Shown here piece after piece: positions 48,490 through 60,180 of a DNA stretch of 64,000 nt (its first letter is position 1; every line of letters starts with the position of its first letter). The translations under genes and the position numbers were made by a program. The notes beneath the pieces are model-generated. The model searched no databases, had not been told where the DNA came from, and worked only from the letters and a program-made list of their open reading frames with translations. The DNA is from Chrysomallon squamiferum (lineage: Eukaryota > Animalia > Mollusca): contig CM022665.1 of NCBI GenBank assembly GCA_012295275.1, forward strand, positions 9,858,001 to 9,922,000, given 5' to 3'.

Positions 48490-48860
48490 TGGATAACAAA
48501 ACTCGTCACTGCACCGACGGAGAAAACGTCATGGGCGTTTCCCAAGCGCCAGACAATCAGGAGAATGTGTTGGAAATTATATTGAGCACCTCAATGAAAA
48601 CGTCATTAAAGAGAATTATTGATAATTCTGTTTCTAAAAACAAGTATTAATGGCAGTTCCTCCGTGGCGTGACGCAATGGTGAACAAACGTTGCATGGAC
48701 CAATGGCGCGTTTCCATCGTGGGCAGTCAAGGAATAGACAACTGTCGCGGCCGCCCTGTTTCAACCTCGTGTATCACCGATGACTGATAAAAAGCAGCTC
48801 ATTTGAGACATTCTAATCAATAACGATCACTGTATAGGTAGGCGGCAAAGATATAACAGC
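48490..48860 (+). promoter_or_regulatory. CpG-rich proximal promoter region of the GGNG/EP gene
   Basis: Locally high GC and CpG; CGTCA half-CRE sites at 48504, 48527 and 48601; TGACGCAA at 48670-48677; CCAAT at 48700-48704; TATA-like GATAAAAA at 48786-48793. Confidence 0.55.
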
Positions 48861-49034
48861 CTAAAAGGAAGCTACAAATTAAGAGTAAAGACGAGTTTAC
48901 ACAAGTGATACTATATTGGAGAAAAGTAACAAAGTTTTTTTCTATTTTTTTTTTGCTTCATTCGGAGGTAACTAAAAGACGGCCTCGGTTCCTGGGAATT
49001 CAGTGAATTTGAAAAAGTTTCGTGGACCATAAAA

Positions 49035-49113
49035 ATGGAAACTCATTCTTCTTGTTTCATGGTATTATTATCTTTGGTTTATCTCTGTCTGACCGTCCAT
49101 CCGGTTTTAGCAG
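49035..49113 (+). CDS. GGNG: GGNG/excitatory-peptide precursor, signal-peptide exon (METHSSCFMVLLSLVYLCLTVHPVLA-G)
   Basis: AAA-ATG-G context; hydrophobic core ending V-L-A; consensus donor CAG|GTAAGA at 49114 (phase 1), which fits the peptide exon at 59459; CpG-rich promoter-like region directly upstream. Confidence 0.8.
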
Positions 49114-49734
49114 GTAAGAAAAGAAATGTCTGGGGAGTCAGGGGGTCTGTTTTTAACAGCTTCATTCAGTCACTGTCCAAGAATTACTTCAAACAGAGGA
49201 ACGCTTTTCCAAAACGTTATCAGTCACATTTTGTTAACTTTAAGAAAATAGGAATAAAACTAAAATACTATCACGAATTTCACTAAAGTAAAATTATATT
49301 TGGTTAACCATTCATTATAAGCTGATTCTGTGATGACTGCATATTATGCCATTTTTTTTATGACTTCTTGGAAATGATTAAAACTAAATTTACAAAATGA
49401 AAGACAAAGTTTTGGAAGAAAGTTCTTCAGTCTGATTTTATCTTGAGAAAGTTAAAGCAATAAAGTTATTTAATTTATGTCAATGCAATTTAAAGTAAGT
49501 TAACACATTTAAAAAGAAAAAGAAAAAAAACCAAAGTGTTTTCTGTTCCACAGTATTAATCAAATTATTTGGTAAACTGTTTCTAGATGTATTTTATATA
49601 AACTGTTCTTACTTGTTCACGATGAGATAATATTGTATATCTTTCGATATTCTCATATTTAGAATATTAAATGATAATATAAAAACTATTTCCTAGATTA
49701 ATGATTTTCAGTGATTCATACATAGTGAGTAATA

Positions 49735-50325
49735 ATACAGTATTTTCCCACAGAGAATATTTATTTTAATGACTCCCAAACAAAATAATATCATAGTATT
49801 ATTGATCAAATTATATCTCAGAATATTTTCCCTATAGAAAAATTATTAACTACACTATTTTGAAATTTACTTCTAAGCAGTTCCATCTTAATGACTGATG
49901 TAGTGTATGGATACTATCATCACTGTATTAATACTTGAATATTTTGCCATACAGAACATTAGCAAACCTATTTAAAAACATTTTAATTGTTTTAATTCAT
50001 ACGCACTATAGATACTACTACCACTGAATTAACAGTTGAAAATTTTCCCATTAAGGATATTAAGAAATTTATTTATACGCAATTCCTCTACGGTGTTGAT
50101 ACTACCACTATGTTAATAATATTTTGAAATGTCTAATTTTATGCATTTGTATTTTTATAGTTCCTGTACATAATGAATTGTGCACTTCCCATGTACAATA
50201 TTTTGAAACATTTACTTGTAATCATTTCTGTTTTCAGAATTCCTGTAAGTCTATGCTATGAATACAGTCACTGTGTAAACAACTGAATATTTCTCCTGTA
50301 GAATAATAATTAACTAAACGATTTA
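49735..50325. repeat. Highly degenerate ~90-100-bp tandem repeat
   Basis: Recurrent ATACTA..CACTG..TTAA..TGAATATTTTCCC.TAGAA motifs. Confidence 0.45.
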
Positions 50326-51546
50326 AAAAAAAAAAAAAAAAAAATACTTATACTCATTTTTATTTGGTGAGTCCTATGCACTATGCATACGACAACTGTA
50401 AATTCACACGCAAATATTAATCGTTCGAACGATTTAAACCTGCTTATGAATATTTAGTGATTGTGTGTACAGTCCACTGATATCGCCAAATCAAAATGCT
50501 GGATGTCAAGATAAGAAAAAGACGTTTAGGGACAGGCCTAAATTAATACAAGCAACTGCTGCTTACGATTTGGTTTGTTCTGGCCAGTAAATGGTTTTTT
50601 GATCAGGACTCCATTGTCTTCGACTTATGGTATCACCAGGACCCACTCTCAGCCCATAAATCATCCCCTTTTGTAGTAATACCCAGATATCTGTCTTCGA
50701 GTAAGACGATTGCAAAAATATATACGTATTCAATGCGAATTCTCTGGATTCTTGCTATAAATATAATTAGTCATCGTAAAATGAAAGGTATGAGCACCTT
50801 CTTAAAATATTTAGGTTTCTTAATTAGAGGGATTATGATTACCGTAAAATATTTTGTTTTGATAATTAGAAAGTATATATCTGAAAATAGTAAATTTAAA
50901 AATTTGAAGTGTATAATCATCACCTTCTGAAAATGTTTTTATTTCGTAATTTGAAGGATATGATCTCCTAATATGTTTTGATTCCATAATTTTAAGGATG
51001 TGATCACGGGAAAAAAAGTCAAGATTTGAAAAATGATAACTTTGAAATGCTAGGGAAATAGTCACCTGAAAATATTAAGATTTTATAACTTAAAGAGAGT
51101 TAAAACCAAAATAAGGGGGGGGGGGGAATTAAAAAGAAATGAAAAAGTTAATAAAAAGAAGAAAGAAAAATAAGTAAAGGAAATAAAACAATATTTATAT
51201 AACATAAAACTTTTTATAGTATAGATTCAAAGTATTTAACAAAGGAACTACTATATTACTATAGTAATAATTTTGTTATTGTCTTTTGCTGTCGATTCTG
51301 TTTTGTGTAACACGGAATAGTTCTTGCTATTTTCACACAGAAATACAAGCTGTTGTTTTTATTAATAGAAAAACCATAAGGACAGAAATGGGATTTGATC
51401 CTTTGTCCTGACGAACATGATCAGTATTATTTTTTGACCAGAGCTTTTATTTGTATTTCCATGTCGGGCCGTCTCCCACTCTTTGTGACCAACTGTATTT
51501 CTGATTTTAAATCTCCGTATCTTTATCTATATTTCCTTCTGTATAC

Positions 51547-51606
<60 letters not shown>

Positions 51607-52268
51607 GTCTCTACATCTCCCTAGTGTACTCGAACATTCGACTTCTTGTCTGGTATAATTATCGTTAATATACAGTCACATATCAGAATTTTAATCTCAG
51701 CCATTTTGTTATACGTATAATTATTATTCGATGCATTTAGCAAATATAGTGCAAATACTGCAGACAAAACCTACACAAACTGTAGTATCTACTCGAGATC
51801 TCTTGGTTGGAAACAGCCTCTGATCCCTGCATTCACTATGTAGCTTTCTGTTTTAGAGTCCGTGCTATTTACCGTCGCATGCCGCAAACGACATGAAGAA
51901 TCGTTGAACGTTGCAGTTCGTGCTTTTCAAAAGACCAACTGCCACACGTTTCGTTAGGTGGTTTTCATTTGGATGGCTATGATTGCATTACTTGTCAAAC
52001 AGTGAAAAGCTGGTTGTCTACATCTGCTGTATTCATTTATTCCAGAACAAACTTAATTTGAATGTTATATTATACAAAAACTATTTCAAAATAGAACATA
52101 TTTCGATCCATAATCAGTAAAACAAAACCAAACAGTAAATGAAAATACTTTGAGTTGAAATAAAAATAAATGATTACTTCCAGTGCACGTGTTCTACCGA
52201 CACAGTTAATTATATTGAAATCTGAAATGTGAATGTGTGTGTGTGTGTGTGTGTTTGTGTGTGTACAC

Positions 52269-52890
52269 TAGGGTTTGCAAATTACCCAATAATATCAATA
52301 CCGGTAAATTACCGACAGATATTCTCAATACCGGTTTTCACCGGTTTTCTCCGGTTTTAGTTAGTTTGTGTGCTGGAAAAATGGGTACAAAAGGTATATA
52401 AGAAATGTACATGCATGAAAAAACCAAGAAGAAATGTGGATGCGAATTTTATAAAAAGGAAACAAGGAAATTACGTTTATTATCCAAAATGAACATCATA
52501 TGTTTTGCAACTTTTGAGAAGTTCTGATTCATTCCTCGATACTCGAGAAGTATGACATTAAAAAACACAAAACATCTAGTGTCTTGGGCGACAACCGAGA
52601 AGCAGGAGCCAATCCCTTATCACTAGTCGCTAAAATGACTTAGCATGGCACACATGTCAGCAATCAAACAGGTAAACGTGGAACTTTGAACAGACGAGCA
52701 TCAAACTCGCATATGAAGGCACACTAGCAACACCCGAGTAACTAACATAATCTCATGTTAACAACTAACATATCTCTCAACAAAACTCGTTAAAATTTAG
52801 AAAACCGGTATTGTGCTTCGGTAACCGTATTACCCATCAATTACTAAAACCGGTATTTACCCGTATTTAAGTACCGGTTTTCGAACTCTA
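52269..52890. mobile_element. Non-autonomous hAT-like DNA transposon (MITE), 622 bp
   Basis: Imperfect TIRs (left TAGGGTTTGCAA, right end TTCGAACTCTA); 8-bp target-site duplication GTGTACAC (52261-52268) / GTGAACAC (52891-52898) with one mismatch; clustered subterminal ACCGGT/ACCG motifs at both ends; no transposase ORF. Confidence 0.8.
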
Positions 52891-53378
52891 GTGAACACAC
52901 ATACATATTCATATACTGGAGATATAATTATGTATACATATCTCTCTCAGTATCAAGAATAACATGTATTTCTTTTTAAATCGACAAGTAAAACCTACAT
53001 ACGCTTATATTTATATTAAAAATTTATGAAAGAAAAAAATCTGAAATCAATTTCAGAAAATTCTTTGGGCAGTTTTATTGCATTTTTTTTTTTTTCTTTC
53101 CAGCCCTAAAACGTTTTCAAAAAATGGATTTAAAAAGAAATAATAATTTACATCGAAGAAATGCATTAATAATGACGTATTTCATAGTATATATTCCTCC
53201 CACATTTTCAAAGAAGACAACTTTTTTGTTTCGTGTAACACAGTAAGCTTATTATTTTTGTACTTTTATTTGTCATTCTAACCACAGACAGTTTGAATTA
53301 AGTTTACATATTCAGAAACGAATCCTTTCTCGTTTTCTTTTCATTTTCATTCAATTTTTTATTTTATTTTATTTTATT

Positions 53379-53410
<32 letters not shown>

Positions 53411-53496
53411 TTGGGTGGGTGGGTGGGTGACGATGAGAGAGACGGAAAAAGTAGGTGCTACTGCATTTTTTAAATATAATTTTATATTGTACGTGC

Positions 53497-53745
53497 AGGA
53501 GCGGATTTAAGATTTCAAAAAAATGGGAGAGCGTCATCAGATAAACAATCACAACAACTACTACTGCTACTACTACTACTAATAATAACAACATTATCAA
53601 CAATAATAATAATAGTAATAAAAGAAAGATTCTTGCGTGAGATGGTGCCAACCCTCTAAAATGAGAAAACTAACTTTTTTTTTAATTGTTTTTCACAAGG
53701 AGAGCTCGAAGAACCTCCCTCATCATAAGTTCTGTATCCGCGCCT
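53497..53745. mobile_element. Degenerate MITE with GC-rich TIRs
   Basis: Left AGGAGCGGATTT versus right GTATCCGCGCCT (reverse complement AGGCGCGGATAC). Confidence 0.4.
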
Positions 53746-54969
53746 AATTTTGCTAAATGGATTTTTGATTTACTGTGTCACGTACAAAAACAACCCTGCA
53801 CGGACGAGCTGCTCTGCGACGCTTGACTTTGCTGTACATAAGTAGATCTGAATCCCACGGTTCTTTTAGCAATAAAAAAAAATATAAAAAAACCTCAAAG
53901 AAATTTAACAGCTGCGTTACTTGATGGATATAATGAAAATACAGTCAAATGATTTCCTTGGGGTTTATTATCATCACCCAAGGATATATCTAGGGACGTC
54001 ACGGAGGTAGGTTTAGACCTATTTGTGGAGTAATCCCTGTTTATGCGATAAAAAAAGATTAAAAAAACAAAAAAAACTGTTGATCGGGATGCTCTTACAG
54101 AAACCAAGAAGGGTCCATTGACACCAACACCGGTGTAGCATTAGATAGTGCCTTTGGTAGCAAAAGACCCGTTGTGTTTCTATAGCATGCCTGAAAAGAA
54201 GGCAACCTGAATTACAGAAGGCCCTCCATTACAAACGGAGCCTTATAACAAAGAATAAGCTTCATAACCCTTGAATCAACAGATCCACATGATATTTTAC
54301 AGATGTTACTGGCGAGAAATTTACATAAATGTTTTATGCTTGTTCGTAATCCTGTTTGTGAAATCCGAAACGTGACAGGGCTTGTTCTAACATCACATTC
54401 TGTTTCACTAATTATTAATATGTATGCAGAGAATCCCCAGTATACGCGTGATCACGTTATTCTGCTGATCAGGTCACATCTGATGGTTACTGATATTAAA
54501 TCTGTGTCTTTGACCTTCTGTCCAAAATAAAATAAAATAATATCATGATGTACAGTATTTAACGTATATGAAGCATAAACACATCCATTCAATAGACAGC
54601 CCTCGAAATTACAGCGTGCAAAAATTATTTTAAAAAGTTAATTTTATATTGTCCTATTAAAGATCCCAATTGTAAAAAAAAAATCACAACTGTGTAATCT
54701 TGTGTTGTCCAGTATAAACGAATTACATTTGTTTCTGAGCACAGTCTCATGTAGGTTACACCGAAATGTGTTCACTGTTTTTACCTGTTGTTGATGAGTG
54801 TAGTTTAATTTCGATACGAGATACGGCTAGATATATTTTGTATGCTATTACAATGACGTTTAATGAAACACATTTTATACACTATATTTTCTTAAGGAAA
54901 CATATGGACAGTCATGCACTGAGATACAGAGAAACAGATCCGCATACTCACGCGCGCGCACTCACTCCA

Positions 54970-55016
<47 letters not shown>

Positions 55017-55257
55017 TACACACACTGAAAGATCTATCCTCAGAGTACAAATATAATAATTATTTTATTACTGGAGACATTTTGGGGTTTTAATTTATGT
55101 TATCTTTATCTTTTTTGAAATCCTTTGCTTTGTATTAACGGATATAAATTAACAGATATAAACTGACAGTACTCTGTAAATCTAATACCAGAATAAATAA
55201 TTTGTGTGAAGAATTTAAATGTATTGGTTTAACAATTTTGCTGTTGAAGTAAGCGAG

Positions 55258-55420
55258 CTATTAGTAATAGAGCGTTAGACTGACAAGCCAAGATCCGCTG
55301 GATCAGTGTTCCGTAGAGCACTGACTCAGCTATTTCCCAATCTAACCATTACCCATTAGGTTATCAGCGTTTACACCACTTAAGAAAGTTCATATAAAAT
55401 ATCCCAAGTTTTTTTTATTG
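55258..55420 (+). mobile_element. Degenerate SINE-like repeat with tRNA-like head
   Basis: TAGAGCG..GACTG..GGATC..GCTATTTCCCAATCTAACCA..CATATAAAATATCCC. Confidence 0.4.
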
Positions 55421-56744
55421 ATGAAAGTATCAGCTGGAATTGCATTAATGGCTTTTTCTTTGAGAAACCGCTATTAAAAAAAACGTATGCTTGATACTAA
55501 GTAAGCGTCACTCTTAATACAAATCTCCAGGAAAATCTGAAAAAAAAAAAAAAAAAAATTATAGGAAAAACAAAATCAAGATCATTATGAACATAAATGA
55601 TCGTAAGATTTGTAGATCAGTTTTTTTTTTTTTTGTTTTTTAAGTAGTCTCTAAATAACGAAAAATCTATTTTTGTTTCATTACCCGATTAAAAATTAAA
55701 ACCCGTTGCCGTTTTCGTTGTTAGTTTGTTAGTAGTTCCGGTAATGCCGTTAGTAATGGTGAATTATCCTTAACAGAGACTCTAAGAGTAATAACTCGCC
55801 TCTACTGTTAAATGTCATTTATAGTAAATGTTATTTAACTTTATTAAAGAGTTATTCCGCGTTATTCACAAATACCAAACAAGATTTTATTTATTAAATC
55901 GATAGATTTGCCAGAATATATTGCTTTTTCGTACTTTCTGTTATACAAAAGCTAATAAAATAGTTGGAGTGTTATTAATAGTATTATGAATTGGCTTGGA
56001 TAGCATTTAACAGTATTTGACCATTCTTTTTTTTTTTTTTTTTTTTTTTCTTTTTTTTTTTTTTTATAGTAGTACATTTTCAAAATATAGATTTTGTATT
56101 TTGTAATAGTGCGAAATTTTATTTAACAATGATTTTTTTTTTATTATTAACAGTAAGAAGTCAGTTTTTATATATTTTATGTGTGTTTTTTATATCATCG
56201 TGCGTATATATATATATGTGTGCGTGTGTGTTTCTGGTTTCCGTGCATATCTATAAATATGCGGGCAACTGTATGTAATTGTGTGTTTCTGGGTATATCT
56301 GTAAGTGTGTGCGCATATGGTATATCAATTCTGGTCAATACTGAATGGACAAGTTTGAGTGTGTATGCATCTGTGTGTGTAACGTGTCTGTACACAATTG
56401 TTTATTTAGAAATGTGTAGGTGTTTATGTTCGAATGTATTTGTGTTTGTATGCGTATGTGTACTTGTGTGTGTGTACTTGTGTATTCCAACTGTTGTTAG
56501 AGATGGTCTATTAAAATGTACAAATTAATAAAATAAGTGTTAGTGTAAAATGGAAGAACACTTATCGTTTGCACAGGTACATGTATATTTATTCCAATGT
56601 ATAAATATCCTATATGTTTCGAACTTTCAAATCCTTATTATTAAAGTTAATTAATGTATTGCATTTCCTCACATAAATTATTTTAAGCAATTACACGATA
56701 CACTGAAGACTATGACAGGATCATTAAAGGCTGTCATAACCATT

Positions 56745-57281
56745 TCTCTGTTTTTGGAAAAATTTATATAAAAAAAACCTTTACGGCTAAATAACAAGCG
56801 TAGCCATTGAAATAACGACAGATGATTTCCTCTCACGTCTCATTATTATTCAAAAAATAAAATGTGCCTAACACCTTATAACTGTTAATATTATAAACCG
56901 TTCAGATATGCATTCATCACGTTTTTCTCTTCGTTCATCAGTTAGCAGCTTGTAAACCAGTGCTAGGTTTTTCTGAAATGAATCTATGCCATCCATGCTG
57001 TAAGAGACGGTGATCAAGACAAGAGGAGATAGGATGAAGAATCTTTCCACTATTCACATATATAGTATTAGTACATAAGGCATTTCAGAGGAAGACAGGT
57101 AAACCGTCGAAAGCGAAACAGGGTGCAATGAAGAGTTAGATGGTTTTACTAGAATTTCTGGACATGATTCATGCCAGAATCTACAGTATGAGCAAGAGAT
57201 GTACGAGTACATAATGCTAAAATATATGATGAATGACTTTATTAAGTCTGGTGTAACGTTCTTCAAATCCCAGAAACAAAT
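56745..57281 (-). pseudogene. Possible decayed rhodopsin-family GPCR fragment (TM4-TM7), antisense within the GGNG intron
   Basis: Track ORFs 57054..57266 and 56868..57050 share one frame split by a TGA. Reading through gives ...YVLILYM*IVERFFILSPLVLITVSYSM (TM5-like)...RREKR...FIILTVIRC*AHFIF (CWxPF-like; TAG and CAT are each one base from TGG and CCT)...FFLYKFFQKQR (PFLYxFFxKQFR-like). No DRY motif seen. Confidence 0.4.
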
Positions 57282-57548
57282 TTATCTGTGCGAAAAATTG
57301 CAAAATTATTCAGCATGCAGCAGAACAGTTTGATGTTTTTGTCTTCGTGCTACCATCACAAACATTTTTTAACTTGGGTTTTTTCTCAGTGTATTTCGAA
57401 TTACGTATTGCACATTACAGTGTAGAAAATTTCAGTTTATTATGAATCTGTTTTATTTCTAACAGCAAACTGTAACAAACAATTTTATTTACAGTCGGTT
57501 TGATTACAACTTAAAATGGTCTAACACACAGACACACACAACTTGTTG

Positions 57549-57738
57549 TGACGTCATCGCGGACTGACAGCTGTATTTTTTTCTGACATTTGAAGAACCT
57601 TTAGAGCAGCATAATGGTCTGTCCTATATGCAGTGACCAAAAAAGATGAAAGAAAAGAGTACATTTAGATCTTTTCTTCTCCTCACAAACAAACACTTTA
57701 ACATTTGAATTCCATTTTCTGATGACGCAGTGACGCAA
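57549..57738. promoter_or_regulatory. Intronic CRE/ATF site cluster (candidate enhancer)
   Basis: Perfect palindromic CRE TGACGTCA at 57549-57556; tandem TGACGCAG and TGACGCAA at 57723-57738. Confidence 0.4.
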
Positions 57739-58727
57739 TTGCTGTCCCCCGCACAGTTACCCGCAGATGGAGTCCGTGTCTTCATTTTCTTTATACTTCG
57801 ATTTATCAATTTATTTTCTCACTTTATGCATGGTGCAGTAAATGTTTCTGCGACCATAATATTGATGAAAAAACCATCTCTGTTATGATATAATACGTTG
57901 TATGAATGTGTGCATTTCTACATATATTTATATAGATATGGACCTCTCTATGTAGTTATGAATGTATATGTGTAACGTACGTACATGCTTACACATACAT
58001 ATGTTTATATGTCTGTATATGTATGTGTGTATGTATGTATGTGTGTATACATCCAAATACACATGCACAGAGAGTATTGGTTAACCGAAAACACTTTCAT
58101 ACTGTAATTATTCACTGACATTTGTACGTTATATGTGATGTATGGATTAACTGAAGATCGAAGTTTACCTATTCGCCATTACCCAACTAAACTGTTCCTC
58201 TGGGGCAATTTCTTTATTAGTGCTGCATTCACATTTAATGCAGGTTGTGAAAAAATACTTTTATTCCAAAGGTTTCTGGAGTGTATTTCCATGAAGGTAA
58301 ATAAGAGACTGTATTAGAGACTGATATAATGGTCTAAGTTAGGAGTTGTTCTATCATTCGATGTTACGCAGGACAAATGACTCGCAAAGAACGACCTCTA
58401 ATATTCGTAACTTAATGCTTCAAAACTGAAAACAGTAGCAGCAGTTAGTGACTCTTCTTTTGTCTCATATTGTTTTTAGTATTAAAGTTTAAGATGATCC
58501 CGTACAAAAAAAAATTAAAATTAAATAAAATAAAAACCAAAATTAAAGGCTGAATTTTAAGGGGTTGTGGGTAAATTGTTTGTTTAGTTCCGATTTATCA
58601 TACTTCAATGAATCTCTAATTAAAACAATAATGGATTCAGTTTTATCGCAATAAAGATTTTAACCACCAAAACGTCTGCAAAATAAAGAAATTAAAAAGT
58701 ATTTTCTTAAATTTTAATGCTCCCTTC

Positions 58728-58832
58728 CATACATACATGCATACGTACGCACGTACATACATACATACATACATACGTACGCACGTACATACATACATAC
58801 ATACATACATACATACATACATACATACATAC
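58728..58832. repeat. (CATA)n tetranucleotide repeat with duplicated CGTACGCACGTA interruption
   Basis: Directly visible. Confidence 0.95.
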
Positions 58833-59458
58833 TTTAAATTTTAAGTTTTCTTTGGAAACCTGCAGATATTACATAAAATATTAAGTGTTGTGGTAGCAAA
58901 CTGTAATGAACTTTACAAATTTGGTTTAAATTGCATCTGTAGAACATTGGATAATAATTAAAAAAAAAAAAAAAAAAAAAAAAGAAAGAAAAAATGGTTT
59001 AATTTGTTCGGTAAATTGAAATCACTCGTCTGAAATTGATTAACACTTAAATTACATTTACGTAGGCATTGAGTCGGTCACTAGCTTTTGTACGAACGTG
59101 ATATCTGCGATTTTAAATTCCTCTACAGCGGTGCGCCACCTGAGTCGACAAATCTCGCCCATTCAGACACTTCTTTCATTACAGCGACAACGTCTACATT
59201 TTGATGAAACTGGCTAAACTGTGTTTGTGAACTGGAAAGGTTCAATTTAAATAGATCAATGTTCCCTTTGCTTTACTTTCAGTAATCGTTTAAGTGGTAT
59301 TTTAAGAAGAAAAACTGTTTAACCTTATGTTTGAAGTAATAGTACCATGCACATACGCACACATACACACGTACGTACGTACATACATACATACATTAAA
59401 TATATGTGTTACACGATGTATATCTTGATATAAAATACTTTGAATATTTATTTTGCAG

Positions 59459-59500
59459 GTAAATGTAGAGGACGATGGGATATACACGCTTGTTATGGTG
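59459..59500 (+). CDS. GGNG: GGNG/excitatory-peptide precursor, 42-nt peptide exon (GKCRGRWDIHACYG-G)
   Basis: Acceptor TTATTTTGCAG ends at 59458; donor GTG|GTAAGT at 59501; phase 1-1. Translation fits the annelid/mollusc GGNG/EP consensus KCxGxWAIHACxGGN as recalled. The remaining exon(s), expected to begin G-N-G-K-R, were not found in the window. Confidence 0.9.
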
Positions 59501-59773
59501 GTAAGTACTTTAAATACATATTATTTATATTTCATATGTACAATAAAAATTCCAGCAACAAATTCATTTAAATAATTTTTATGAAAAGTTCAAAGCCAAA
59601 GTCTTATTATATTTTAAGGAGTATCGTTTGTGACGTGTATAACTAACCTAAATATATTTTGTATTCGTTTAAATTACTATATTATTTTGGTTATAGTACC
59701 CAGTCTTTGTTAATAATAAAGTATGAAAATAAAATAAAAAGTTCGATATGGTGCATGGAGGCAGTTATTTTTA

Positions 59774-59804
<31 letters not shown>

Positions 59805-60039
59805 CTGTTGTGAATCAAATGATCGGGACTTAAATCCTTTGTGACAAAAGAGATAATAGTTGAAATGTTTTATACCATTTGAAAGCAGCCGCTGACATTA
59901 ATACTAAGCGTGTATTTCTGTGATCTGTAACAGAAGAAGTCGCTACAAAAGATTTACGTATGTTATATTAACTTCTCTTTCCTTAACACCTCCGTTACTT
60001 ATTTTTTTCTCCTGATTCCTCATCATAGATGAAGGAGGC

Positions 60040-60180
60040 GTTATCGATCTCGGGTTCTGCCTTTCTCGGTTGCCTTATTAGGCTATTTCCCAATCCAGAC
60101 AGAGTTCCTTGACCGTTTTATCAAAGGCAGTAATATTTAGTGAATATATAAAAGATCTGTTGCTAGTTTCACTGGACATA
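60040..60180 (+). mobile_element. Degenerate SINE-like repeat
   Basis: GGCTATTTCCCAATCCAGACAG..ATCAAAGGC..ATATAAAAGATCTGTTGCT. Confidence 0.45.

Noticed and set aside
49114-49286. C-terminal part of track ORF 49035..49286 (GKKRNVWG...), which superficially has a GKKR processing site
   Set aside because: Read-through into the intron past a consensus CAG|GTAAGA donor; splicing to 59459 yields a recognisable neuropeptide instead.
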